This document shows positions 33,357 through 41,740 of a DNA stretch of 41,740 bases, one piece after another. The number at the start of each line of letters is the position of its first letter. The stretch's first letter is position 1. The notes beneath the pieces were generated by a model, which was not told where the DNA came from, did not search any database, and was given only the letters and a program-made list of their open reading frames with translations. This DNA is from a virus (lineage: Duplodnaviria > Caudoviricetes), in IMG/VR virus record IMGVR_UViG_3300005573_000152, positions 1-41,740 of that record. One strand, given 5' to 3'. The position numbers were made by a program, and so were the translations under genes.

Positions 33357-36300
33357 TAGTAGCCTCCACCAAGACCAAGCAATTCTTGCAATAAGCTTCT
33401 GGTCTCTTCATCTGCGTTTGCATCTTCTATTTTAACACCAAGAAAAGCCTGCCACCAGCTCATACCTTTGTTTGCTCTTCTTATCATTTTTTCAGCTTGG
33501 GCAGCTCCCGTAATTCCTGCTAATTTAGCAAAAGCTGAATAATCTTCAAGCCTTAATTCAGAAAGTCTTCTTGTTCCTAAAAGTCTGTTAGTGGCTGTTC
33601 CAACATCTACCAGAGTTTGAACTGCAGCAGGTAGAGGAAGTTTATAAGGAGTTCCATATTTAAGTGTTGCACCAAATACAGGAACTTGCTCACCTAATTC
33701 TCTTACAGCACTTAAAGAAGATAAAAGGATGTCTTGTGTCTGGGCATACTTACGACGGAACTCTCTAATTGGTGTTGGAAATGGCGAACGCATACGCATA
33801 ATATCTTCATAAAAATAATTCCAAGCCATTGTCCAGAATAAAAATCTTCCTGCTTGCACAAAATCATCAAATGTAATTGGCTCATTTCTTTTTATTCTCA
33901 TAATTGGTGCAAATAACATTTGTTTCATTATTTGCCACTCGTTAATAGTAAAGGTTTGAAAAACAGTTAAAAAGCGTCCTTCAGCTATTCGTTGTATCTT
34001 GGAAATATCTTCAGGATTAGCTGAAGCCTGTGTTCTTACAACAACATCATCAGCATAATTTATGAGCTTCTTTCCTTCATATCCCAATCGTTGTCCTTTT
34101 AAATAAGCAGCATACCAAGTTAATTCGGAGGTAAATAAGTCCAGCATTTTTAATGGATAAATACCAGCTTGAGTTATTTTAGTTTGCCACAAAATAAATT
34201 TTTTCCAAAATTCTCCAATGCTTTTTCCTTGATTTTTAGCAAAGTCTTCTTTTAACCACTCAAACATTACATCCATTGACCTTGCAGGAATATGCTCACT
34301 ATTTTCTCTAATAAACTTTAACACTTCTTTTGCTCGGCTTGGAGACCTGCCCATATCCATTAAAGCACGCAAAAAATCTTTTGAAGTGAGGTCTCTCATT
34401 GCGTTTCTTAAAGCTGCTGGCTGAATTGCTGCACTTCTGGCATTAAAGGTTAAAATAGAGGATGAAACTGATTTCATAATATAAGACATTACTTTTGCAA
34501 TTTTTGGCTTATTTTCTATATACCTCAATAAAGAAGGAACTTCACCAACACTTACATAGTTTATCCATTGTTTAAGTTCTTTGCTTATAGTTGGTAAGTT
34601 TTCTTGCATATTCCAAGCAAAAAGATTATCTCCAACAGTAAAGCGTATGGGACTTAAAAATAATTGACCTTCTGCTTTAAGAGGAGCTGTTCCAATCCAT
34701 CTACCGTGCTTATTCATATAAAGTTTATAAGTATTAACAAAATCTAACTTAAGTGGTTGTTTATTTGGCACTCTTTCAATATTAAATGGGTCAAAAACAC
34801 TTCTTAAAAAATTGCTTACTTTAAGTGGGTCTTTTTGTGAAAAGATTTCAGTATATTCTGGATTTTCTACATATTCCCTAATAGCAGGAAAATAAAATGG
34901 ATTATCTTTTGAAAGTGGTTCAATACCTAATATTGTTCTGGCTTCATTTGTTTTATCAAACCAAAATCCAGATAATTCTTTTTGAACATAATCATAAAGT
35001 TTTTTAGCATTTTCAGAAAGCTCTGGGGGTTTTGTAATGCCATAAAGTTCCTGTAAAGTTGGTCTTATATCTTCCTGTTGCCAATACGCAAGTAGTGCTA
35101 AATTATGGCTGTCTTCTTTAGTAATATTTAATTCCTTACAGAGTTTATTAAACTCATTTATTTTAGGTTGAACAACTTTAGCTATAAAATCTGATGCCTG
35201 TCGTCCTTTGTAATAAAGTCGTTTAAGTGGTTCAGGAAGATATTGTTCAAAGAAATGAATAGATGGTGTTAAAGCTGTTGTCCAAACTTTTATATCTTTA
35301 GCTTTCATTAATTTCTTTAGCTCACCAACAGTAAGAGTTGTTGCTTTACCTTCAGCAAGATTGCCTTGAACAGCTATAGTAGCATTATCAGGTAGATTAT
35401 CCAAAATGGTTTCAATAGGTGTATCAGGTTCAGCTTGAAGACCCGTAATAATTATTTCTCCCTTTCCATTAATAAAACTTTGAATACCATTAGGATACTC
35501 TTCTAATAGCTTTAAGTTTAAAGATTTTGCAACATCTTCAGGTGTAATAACAAGACCCATATCTTTTAGAAATTGCTCCATAAAAGATGTGTCATCAAAA
35601 TTATATGCATTAGTAAAAGTCCTTACAAATTCTTTTAAATCCCCTGCTTTTATATCAGAGAGAAGTTTTCTCTGGGCTATTGCAATATCGGTTAAATCTT
35701 TTCCACAATTACTACACTTTACCTGTGGATTATCATCAATAGTAATCTTACCACAATCAGGGCAACGAAAAATATGCCCATCCAGCATAATTCGTAACTG
35801 TTGCTCTATTGGAAAAGAATTAAGAATTTCTCTTACTTCATCTGTTGAACTTAAGGGTTTTTCTTCTTTCAATGCAGGAACTTTACTAATTATGTCCTGT
35901 GTTCTATAAGGAATTCCCTTTGTATAATCAGCAGGTTTAAAAGAGGCAGTTACTCTTGTTGCTCTTATAGGAGTATATAATTGAATTCCTTTTTCAGGAA
36001 TATATACCCCGACTTTACCATAATTAAATACAATTTCTTGGGGTGTTGGTAATGGAGATTTTCCATCCCAGATATATAAATCATTTTTATTTAACTTAAC
36101 TTCATATAAAGAGTGACCATAATGTTGTTCCATATCAACAGTAGTATCTGGAGTATGAATAGTAATAAAAGGCAATTGCCCTTTATTAAGCATTTTTTTA
36201 GGATTTCCTTCTTTAAATATTGAATATCCCTCTTTTCCAACAGCTAATGGAGAAATCCAAGCATAAGGAGTATTAACTTTATCAGAAAAATAATATCCTG

Positions 36301-38698
36301 TTATATCGGGTTCTTCAGGAGAATAAACCCTATCTTGAACTTTTCCAAGCGGAACATCACTTGTTCCATTAACTTTAATTTCTACTAAATCTTTAAGATA
36401 AAAAATAGCTTCCTGTTTAGCCCTTCTACCATAATCTAAAGCCTTTGCTTTATCTTTTACTACAACCACAACATCTAAATAGTTAGATGTATCTACTTTT
36501 CTCCAAGTTCCAACATTATAAAATGGATTAGAGAAAAGGTCAGCATTTCTATTTACAAAATCAATAATATCTTCTTTAGTAATTGGTCTATCTTTAATAA
36601 CTAAACTGCGTTCAGGGAAAATAGAAACAGCATAAGCATCTTCTCCAGCTCTATCCCCTTTATATAAGCTAAAAGTTGCACCATTATATTTATTATGAGC
36701 TTCAGCAATTTTTGGAGCTAATCTTGCAACCCTCATTTTAAAATCTGTCAATAAAGGAACAAAATCAGATTTAGGGCTTCCCATTTCATTGCTAAATCTT
36801 TCTTCTGTCCAATATAATTCTTTTTCTTTCGGAGTATCACCAATATATTGCCCAACTTTAGTCGTCTTGATATAACGCTCAAAATTAGTTTGATTATCTA
36901 TAAACGGTTCAGGATACTTTTCAATTATAATTCCTTCATCTGTTTTAATTAAACGACCACTCTTTACCCCTTTTCTAATCCAAGCCAAAGTTCCAACTTT
37001 AGGGTCTTTAATTCTTCCATCAGCATCTTTTTCTGGATATGGAACTGTCTCTGGAGCTTCATAATGGTTTATTAATAAAATACTTTCATCAAGTCTTTTT
37101 TCTAACTGGTCATAGAAAAATCCTTCTGGCATAGTTTTAGGTTGCTCTGCTTTCTCTTGTCGCCATCTATTTATATCTCCATAAGCAGCATTTATAACTC
37201 TTTTTATAGCCTGTAATTCTGTTAAAGGAATTTTCTGTCCTTCTTTAGCACTATCTACAAAACTCTTCAATGCTTCTAATCTGGCTAAAGGATTTTTGGC
37301 TTTCCTTACCTTATCCATAGTTTCTTGCCACTCTGGAGAAGGCATTGGATTTTTATTAATATCATCTATTACATTTTTAACCCATTGTCGTAATGGGTCT
37401 TCTGATTTTCCTTCTGATTCTTCTATTCTTCTAATCTCTTCATCAAGTTGAGATTTTAAAGAATTGGCTAATACTGCCTGTGGAACAAATTTAGTATTAT
37501 ATCCAAAGAAAGCGGCTATACCAGCAGAATAAACAACATCTACTAAATCTCTTCCTTCAGTTCCATTTGATAATATATCAGCAGCAGCAGCCGCACCAGC
37601 TTTAGCAACATTAAAAAGAAGCGGGGTTTTTAAAGGAGTAATAAAACTCAAAGTTCTTGCTTCAGGTTTAGCAAAGAGAAATGTAGCAAGCTCTGGACTT
37701 AATAATCCAATCAGATTATATATAGTAGCAACTTCAGCACCGTGAGCAAAGTTTTTAAGACGATTAGACAAATCTTCTGGTAACTCTTTTCCAACTGGTG
37801 TTTGTAAAGCAAAAGTAGTTCCTAAAGCTAAACCATCAGCAAAAGTTTTTTTACCCAAAGCAGCAGCGGCGGCAGCAGCTCTATTGAAAAATTTTCCCTG
37901 ACCATAGATAGATTTAAGAGTGGTTTCAGGAAGAATAGCATCTGAAACCGCAGACATCCCTTTGGCAAGAAGTTTAAAGAAAGGAGAAGCAACAGTCCCA
38001 GCAATTCCTGCTATACCAGCCGCATATTTTTCTGCCGTTGTTTCTGGTGCATAAGTAAACAAATCTTTATGTGTAGCCCTTCCATAAAGTTCGGCTGCTA
38101 ATCTTGGCACATAAAGAGTAAGAGCATCAAAGGATGCTGTTCCTGTAGCACTCAATAAACCAGATGCGGGGTCATAACCAATTTGTCCTTCTGGAGTTAC
38201 CTGCCTTTCCACTGGTGAAGGACGATTATAATCAAATAACGAGCGAGATAAAAGGTCTTCATTACTTTTACCCCCAATATATTTTCCTGTTGGCATAGGA
38301 AGACCAAAATATTTTTTTGTTTCATATCTTCTTTCTGGTGGAAGTAATCCTGTCAATTGAGTATATCTGGCATTGGAAAGAGCTTTTTGAAATTCTGTTC
38401 TTTCTGGCTCAAATGTAGTTGGTGCTTCTTGTTGCTGCTGTGAAGGTTGAATACCATAAAGCTCTTTATCCATAAATTCATCAACGCTTCTTAATAAATC
38501 TTCTTTATTAGAGGGTTGAGCAATAGCAGACTGCTGTGTTGGAGCAGCCTGTGGCATAGGGGCAGGAGTAGTAGGTGCAACAGTAGGTGTAGGAGTAGTG
38601 CTGGTTTTGCTCAATGAGAAGCCAATGTCTTTTTCTAAAAATTTATCAACATCATCAATAAGTTCTTTTTTCTTTTTTTCCTGTTCATTATCAATCAT
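33356..38698 (-). CDS. Giant internal virion / DNA ejection protein, multidomain
   Basis: 1780 aa, last of four genes after the fibre. Ala/Gly-rich hydrophobic region around aa 180-400 and C-terminal YA..VV.RTQ...S.IQR....FLT.FQTF segment as in large ejection proteins; inserted central domains. Confidence 0.75.
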   Translation of the reverse strand: MIDNEQEKKKKELIDDVDKFLEKDIGFSLSKTSTTPTPTVAPTTPAPMPQAAPTQQSAIAQPSNKEDLLRSVDEFMDKELYGIQPSQQQQEAPTTFEPERTEFQKALSNARYTQLTGLLPPERRYETKKYFGLPMPTGKYIGGKSNEDLLSRSLFDYNRPSPVERQVTPEGQIGYDPASGLLSATGTASFDALTLYVPRLAAELYGRATHKDLFTYAPETTAEKYAAGIAGIAGTVASPFFKLLAKGMSAVSDAILPETTLKSIYGQGKFFNRAAAAAAALGKKTFADGLALGTTFALQTPVGKELPEDLSNRLKNFAHGAEVATIYNLIGLLSPELATFLFAKPEARTLSFITPLKTPLLFNVAKAGAAAAADILSNGTEGRDLVDVVYSAGIAAFFGYNTKFVPQAVLANSLKSQLDEEIRRIEESEGKSEDPLRQWVKNVIDDINKNPMPSPEWQETMDKVRKAKNPLARLEALKSFVDSAKEGQKIPLTELQAIKRVINAAYGDINRWRQEKAEQPKTMPEGFFYDQLEKRLDESILLINHYEAPETVPYPEKDADGRIKDPKVGTLAWIRKGVKSGRLIKTDEGIIIEKYPEPFIDNQTNFERYIKTTKVGQYIGDTPKEKELYWTEERFSNEMGSPKSDFVPLLTDFKMRVARLAPKIAEAHNKYNGATFSLYKGDRAGEDAYAVSIFPERSLVIKDRPITKEDIIDFVNRNADLFSNPFYNVGTWRKVDTSNYLDVVVVVKDKAKALDYGRRAKQEAIFYLKDLVEIKVNGTSDVPLGKVQDRVYSPEEPDITGYYFSDKVNTPYAWISPLAVGKEGYSIFKEGNPKKMLNKGQLPFITIHTPDTTVDMEQHYGHSLYEVKLNKNDLYIWDGKSPLPTPQEIVFNYGKVGVYIPEKGIQLYTPIRATRVTASFKPADYTKGIPYRTQDIISKVPALKEEKPLSSTDEVREILNSFPIEQQLRIMLDGHIFRCPDCGKITIDDNPQVKCSNCGKDLTDIAIAQRKLLSDIKAGDLKEFVRTFTNAYNFDDTSFMEQFLKDMGLVITPEDVAKSLNLKLLEEYPNGIQSFINGKGEIIITGLQAEPDTPIETILDNLPDNATIAVQGNLAEGKATTLTVGELKKLMKAKDIKVWTTALTPSIHFFEQYLPEPLKRLYYKGRQASDFIAKVVQPKINEFNKLCKELNITKEDSHNLALLAYWQQEDIRPTLQELYGITKPPELSENAKKLYDYVQKELSGFWFDKTNEARTILGIEPLSKDNPFYFPAIREYVENPEYTEIFSQKDPLKVSNFLRSVFDPFNIERVPNKQPLKLDFVNTYKLYMNKHGRWIGTAPLKAEGQLFLSPIRFTVGDNLFAWNMQENLPTISKELKQWINYVSVGEVPSLLRYIENKPKIAKVMSYIMKSVSSSILTFNARSAAIQPAALRNAMRDLTSKDFLRALMDMGRSPSRAKEVLKFIRENSEHIPARSMDVMFEWLKEDFAKNQGKSIGEFWKKFILWQTKITQAGIYPLKMLDLFTSELTWYAAYLKGQRLGYEGKKLINYADDVVVRTQASANPEDISKIQRIAEGRFLTVFQTFTINEWQIMKQMLFAPIMRIKRNEPITFDDFVQAGRFLFWTMAWNYFYEDIMRMRSPFPTPIREFRRKYAQTQDILLSSLSAVRELGEQVPVFGATLKYGTPYKLPLPAAVQTLVDVGTATNRLLGTRRLSELRLEDYSAFAKLAGITGAAQAEKMIRRANKGMSWWQAFLGVKIEDANADEETRSLLQELLGLGGGY

Positions 38699-38710
38699 AG
38701 CTTTAACCTA

Positions 38711-39817
38711 TTACTTATTCTTCTTTGCTTCGTCCTCTTCTCTTTTTCTTGCGTTCTTTAAAATTTCAGCATATTGTGGGTTTCCTGCTGCAATTTTTTC
38801 TTCTAAATATTTCCAATATTTTTCTTTAATCAATTCATTTTTCTGTAAATCAGTTAACTCGTTCCAATTAGGAACAGCTTTAGCAAGAGTTTCAGCTATT
38901 CTATTTAATATTACTCTTTCACTTTCAGAATAATAACTTCCTTCTGGTTCTGATTTTCTTCGAGCAGCAGATTTCATTTCAGCTTCAATCCGTTGCTCTG
39001 ATGGGATAGCACCATACTTGGCATAAAAATTATATAGATTTGATGCAGGCTGTTGTATGCTCAATTGGTCTTTAAGCATATCTCGTTGCTCTTCTGCTGC
39101 TTTCAAAGCTGCTACTAATTGATTATAATTATCTTGTGCGTTCTCAATTCTTTTCTTTTGGTCACCCGCACTTCCTGTTCTATTAACTTGAGCAGCGTCT
39201 AATGCTCTCTTTGCAGCCATTACCTGTCTTTCTAATGAAGCAACTCTTTTTTCTGCAGCACCAACAGCAGCATTTAATTGTCTTGTTTCTTCTGCAATAG
39301 GATTAACAACAGGAGTAGCTTTTTCTCTCGCTGCTTCAGCCTCTTCTTTGAGCTGAATATTAAATTGAGTTTGCCCATATAGACTATACAAAGCTGGAGC
39401 TATTTGCTTTAATCTTTCCTCCGCTTGCGGTGGAATATCCTGTCCTAAAGCAGCCTGTCCAATCATAATATGGTATAATCCTAATGCTTCTTTAGCTGTG
39501 GGGTCTCCTTCATTAGCTTTCTTTCTGTATTCTTCTTCAATCGAAAGATTAGCTTCCTGCACTTTTCTGGCAGCCTCTGCTCTCTTGTTTGCACCTTCCT
39601 CTACCATTTGAGTTCTTTGTAATTCTGCCTGCCTGTTTAATTCCTCTTGCTGTGCTTCTGCAGCTAAACGCTGTTGTAACTGTTGGGCTTGTGCAGCTAA
39701 CTGCATTTGTATTTGTTTTATTTGTTCATCATTTAGATATTTCCGAAGTAACATATCTGAAACATCTTGTCCACCTTTTTGCAAATAAGCTGCAAATGTT
39801 CTTAAATCAATAGCCAT
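38711..39817 (-). CDS. Internal virion (ejection) protein, coiled coil
   Basis: 368 aa, Gln/Ala/Glu-rich helical; precedes the giant protein. Confidence 0.6.
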   Translation of the reverse strand: MAIDLRTFAAYLQKGGQDVSDMLLRKYLNDEQIKQIQMQLAAQAQQLQQRLAAEAQQEELNRQAELQRTQMVEEGANKRAEAARKVQEANLSIEEEYRKKANEGDPTAKEALGLYHIMIGQAALGQDIPPQAEERLKQIAPALYSLYGQTQFNIQLKEEAEAAREKATPVVNPIAEETRQLNAAVGAAEKRVASLERQVMAAKRALDAAQVNRTGSAGDQKKRIENAQDNYNQLVAALKAAEEQRDMLKDQLSIQQPASNLYNFYAKYGAIPSEQRIEAEMKSAARRKSEPEGSYYSESERVILNRIAETLAKAVPNWNELTDLQKNELIKEKYWKYLEEKIAAGNPQYAEILKNARKREEDEAKKNK

Positions 39818-39829
39818 TGGAGTTCTCCT

Positions 39830-40387
39830 TTATCCACCATAAATAGAAGTCAAAGCACCCCAGTATGGAGAATATCTGGCTAACTGTGCCTGTTGCTCAC
39901 CACTATAATAATTTTGTAGCAAATTCAAAAATGCCATCAGCTTATTAAAATCAAACTGTTGGGGAAATTGCTCTAATCCACCAGCCTGTTGTAAGGCTTC
40001 AGTAGCATTTCTCATACCAAATGAAGCCTGTTGTGCCATCTCTGGTAATAACTGATTAATCAAGCCTAAATTTTGTGCATTAATGTTTCCAATAGCTTGC
40101 CCTAATGTTGATTGTCCCTGTCTGATTACATCCTGCATAGCTCTATCTGCAATGCCTGACTGCCCAGCTAAAAATCCTCTTGACCCAGCCAATCTTTGAG
40201 CTTCTTGAAGCCCTGCATTTGTCTGTCCTAATATATTTGCTCTGACTGTATTTATTTGAGCCTGTGGGTTCTGTAGAGTAGATATTTGCTGTTTAAACAA
40301 ATCTTCATAAGGGCTTTTAAACCAGTCTTGAGCTAAAAGGCTCTTTTTTAAATTTTCTAATTCTGGGCTATAAAAATTAGTTGCCAT
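39830..40387 (-). CDS. Internal virion (ejection) protein
   Basis: 185 aa, Gln/Ala/Gly-rich with A.SRG...SG motif. Confidence 0.6.
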   Translation of the reverse strand: MATNFYSPELENLKKSLLAQDWFKSPYEDLFKQQISTLQNPQAQINTVRANILGQTNAGLQEAQRLAGSRGFLAGQSGIADRAMQDVIRQGQSTLGQAIGNINAQNLGLINQLLPEMAQQASFGMRNATEALQQAGGLEQFPQQFDFNKLMAFLNLLQNYYSGEQQAQLARYSPYWGALTSIYGG

Positions 40388-40398
40388 TATTTTTCTCC

Positions 40399-40821
40399 TT
40401 ATTTATAATACTTCTGTAGAAGAGGGGCATAAGGTAAATACCGTAGTGATGTTGAATTTAACGGAGCATTTTTATTTAATAGAGAGAGTAAAGCATTAAA
40501 GTCTATTCCCCAATTAGCCGATTGTGGAAGTTCCTGTTGCAATGCACCAAGTAAAGAAGATTGGAATAAACTTTGAAGATAAGGAAGATTAGAAAAGGTT
40601 TCATAATAAGGAGTTGTTGGTTTAACAGCATTTATTAATTTTTTAGCTGCGTGTCCTTTACCTAATGCTCCTAATAATCCAGATAATATACTTGAGCCAC
40701 CAGAAATTATAGATGCCAAAGTTAATGGATTTAACATTTTTGTGCCTCCAGCAAGATATTTATTATAAAAATCTACCCCATAAGTTGGAGAAGGTAATGG
40801 TGTTAAGGGTAAATCACCCAT
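40399..40821 (-). CDS. Small ejection/pilot protein
   Basis: M.NPLTLASIISGGSSILSGLLG amphipathic Gly-rich segment typical of small ejection proteins; two in-frame starts (40821, 40737). Confidence 0.6.
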   Translation of the reverse strand: MGDLPLTPLPSPTYGVDFYNKYLAGGTKMLNPLTLASIISGGSSILSGLLGALGKGHAAKKLINAVKPTTPYYETFSNLPYLQSLFQSSLLGALQQELPQSANWGIDFNALLSLLNKNAPLNSTSLRYLPYAPLLQKYYK

Positions 40822-40831
40822 TTCTATCTCC

Positions 40832-41740
40832 TTATGACATATTCAATGGTGTTTGACTATATAACGGAATACCAGCAACATCTACACCATTTAATTTAAC
40901 AAAAGCCCTATCATAATAAAGTCTAAAGTTTTTAAAATAACAGGTTTGGTTAATAGCACTTAATTTACCCCAGAGTTGAAATTTAGTGCCACTCGAAAAC
41001 GCCTGCCTTGTTCCCAGCGTATAAGAAAAAGTCACATAAACTGTATCATTAACAGTATAGTAATCACTTACTTTAGTGCCATTAATAGCAAAGTAAATAG
41101 AAGCTGTTTGATTAGTATCAGCAACACGAGCATCTACCTCAAAAGTTAAGTTGCCGTAAGAAGCTTCATTTAAAGTAAACTCTTCCCAATTTTCATATGC
41201 TCCCCAGTTTGTGCGACTATATTCTGTGTCTTTAGAATTTCTTAAATTTAAAGAAGATATAATTCCTTGAAGTAATAGTTCATCAGCAGGGACAAGCTTT
41301 TTCCAAGCATTATCTTTTCCAAGATATAACTCTCCATTATATAGCAATAATTTGCCATTTGTGGCTGTTTGTGGCAATGAAGTTACAGTTTCAATAACCA
41401 AGTTAGAAATAGGATTATTAAATGTCCAGCTACCAGAAATTGTCCAATTTCCAGAAGCTGACCAGTTTCCAGAAATAGTTTCATTTGCATCTTTATAGGC
41501 AAGATTAGTTGGTAAATTTGATGCTAAATTTTGTTTAGTAATAAAATTAACAAGATTAATTTTACTCTCTGCAATAGAACCATCTGGAACTATTGGAAAA
41601 GTAGCAAACTCAAAGTTTCCTGTAATTTTATTCGTTCCTGTGTAATTTCTATTACTGATAAGAATTTTAGAGACAGCAGCTATATTATCTTCTGAAATAC
41701 CTACCTGATTGGGATTAAACATATTATAAAGTCTATCCCA
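40832..41740 (-). CDS. Tail fibre/spike protein, probably 5'-truncated by the window edge
   Basis: Frame is open to the edge (WDRLYN-MFNPN) with no RBS before 41722; ISGNWSASGNWTISGSWTF shaft repeats; beta-rich C-terminal domain. Confidence 0.7.
   Translation of the reverse strand, partial: WDRLYNMFNPNQVGISEDNIAAVSKILISNRNYTGTNKITGNFEFATFPIVPDGSIAESKINLVNFITKQNLASNLPTNLAYKDANETISGNWSASGNWTISGSWTFNNPISNLVIETVTSLPQTATNGKLLLYNGELYLGKDNAWKKLVPADELLLQGIISSLNLRNSKDTEYSRTNWGAYENWEEFTLNEASYGNLTFEVDARVADTNQTASIYFAINGTKVSDYYTVNDTVYVTFSYTLGTRQAFSSGTKFQLWGKLSAINQTCYFKNFRLYYDRAFVKLNGVDVAGIPLYSQTPLNMS

Noticed and set aside
177-39813. Short opposite-strand or alternate-frame ORFs in the track (e.g. 177-398, 328-519, 1502-1753, 6561-6836, 7222-7470, 17140-17358, 28762-28956, 35589-35909, 38598-38933)
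   Set aside because: They overlap well-supported genes, lack evident RBSs and look like shadow frames.
41700-41740. Window is a complete circular genome joined end to start
   Set aside because: Gene order fits circularity, but a direct join would end the first fibre gene abruptly (LTA-MG-stop), leave the last gene without an RBS although its frame is open to the edge, and create a CATG I saw nowhere else. A gap is more likely.
1-41740. Stop-codon reassignment
   Set aside because: Core genes are full length and densely packed under the standard bacterial code, and TAA, TGA and TAG all end genes.

Overview
The window is most of a ~42 kb, AT-rich tailed-phage genome with a podovirus-type virion module. 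It is truncated at both ends, each time inside a fibre gene. A long leftward late arm runs 17651->1: endolysin, RNA ligase, holin-like protein, secreted serine protease, TerS, TerL, portal, scaffold, capsid, adaptor, nozzle and fibres. It resumes at 41740->32970 with a fibre, three small ejection-type proteins and a 1780-aa ejection protein. A rightward early/replication arm runs 20441->32969: many small ORFs, a GWxTD-like lipoprotein, Cas4-like nuclease, primase-polymerase/helicase, DEDD exonuclease, nucleotide-metabolism proteins and a family A DNA polymerase. A very AT-rich control region (~17700-20430) separates the arms and holds two short leftward cassettes, tandem Fur-box-like palindromes, repeated GGATT motifs and a strong local CCG/CGG bias. 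I see no integrase, repressor, RNA polymerase, sigma factor, methyltransferase, tRNA or CRISPR array. Eleven near-consensus sigma70 promoters are present, including those ahead of the lysis and structural genes. The best leads are a possible SAM-lyase-like plus ART-like cargo inside the giant ejection protein, the orphan tandem Fur boxes, the compositionally distinct putative leading end, and apparent genome-wide avoidance of many 4-bp palindromes. All family calls come from motif recognition by eye, with no database searches.
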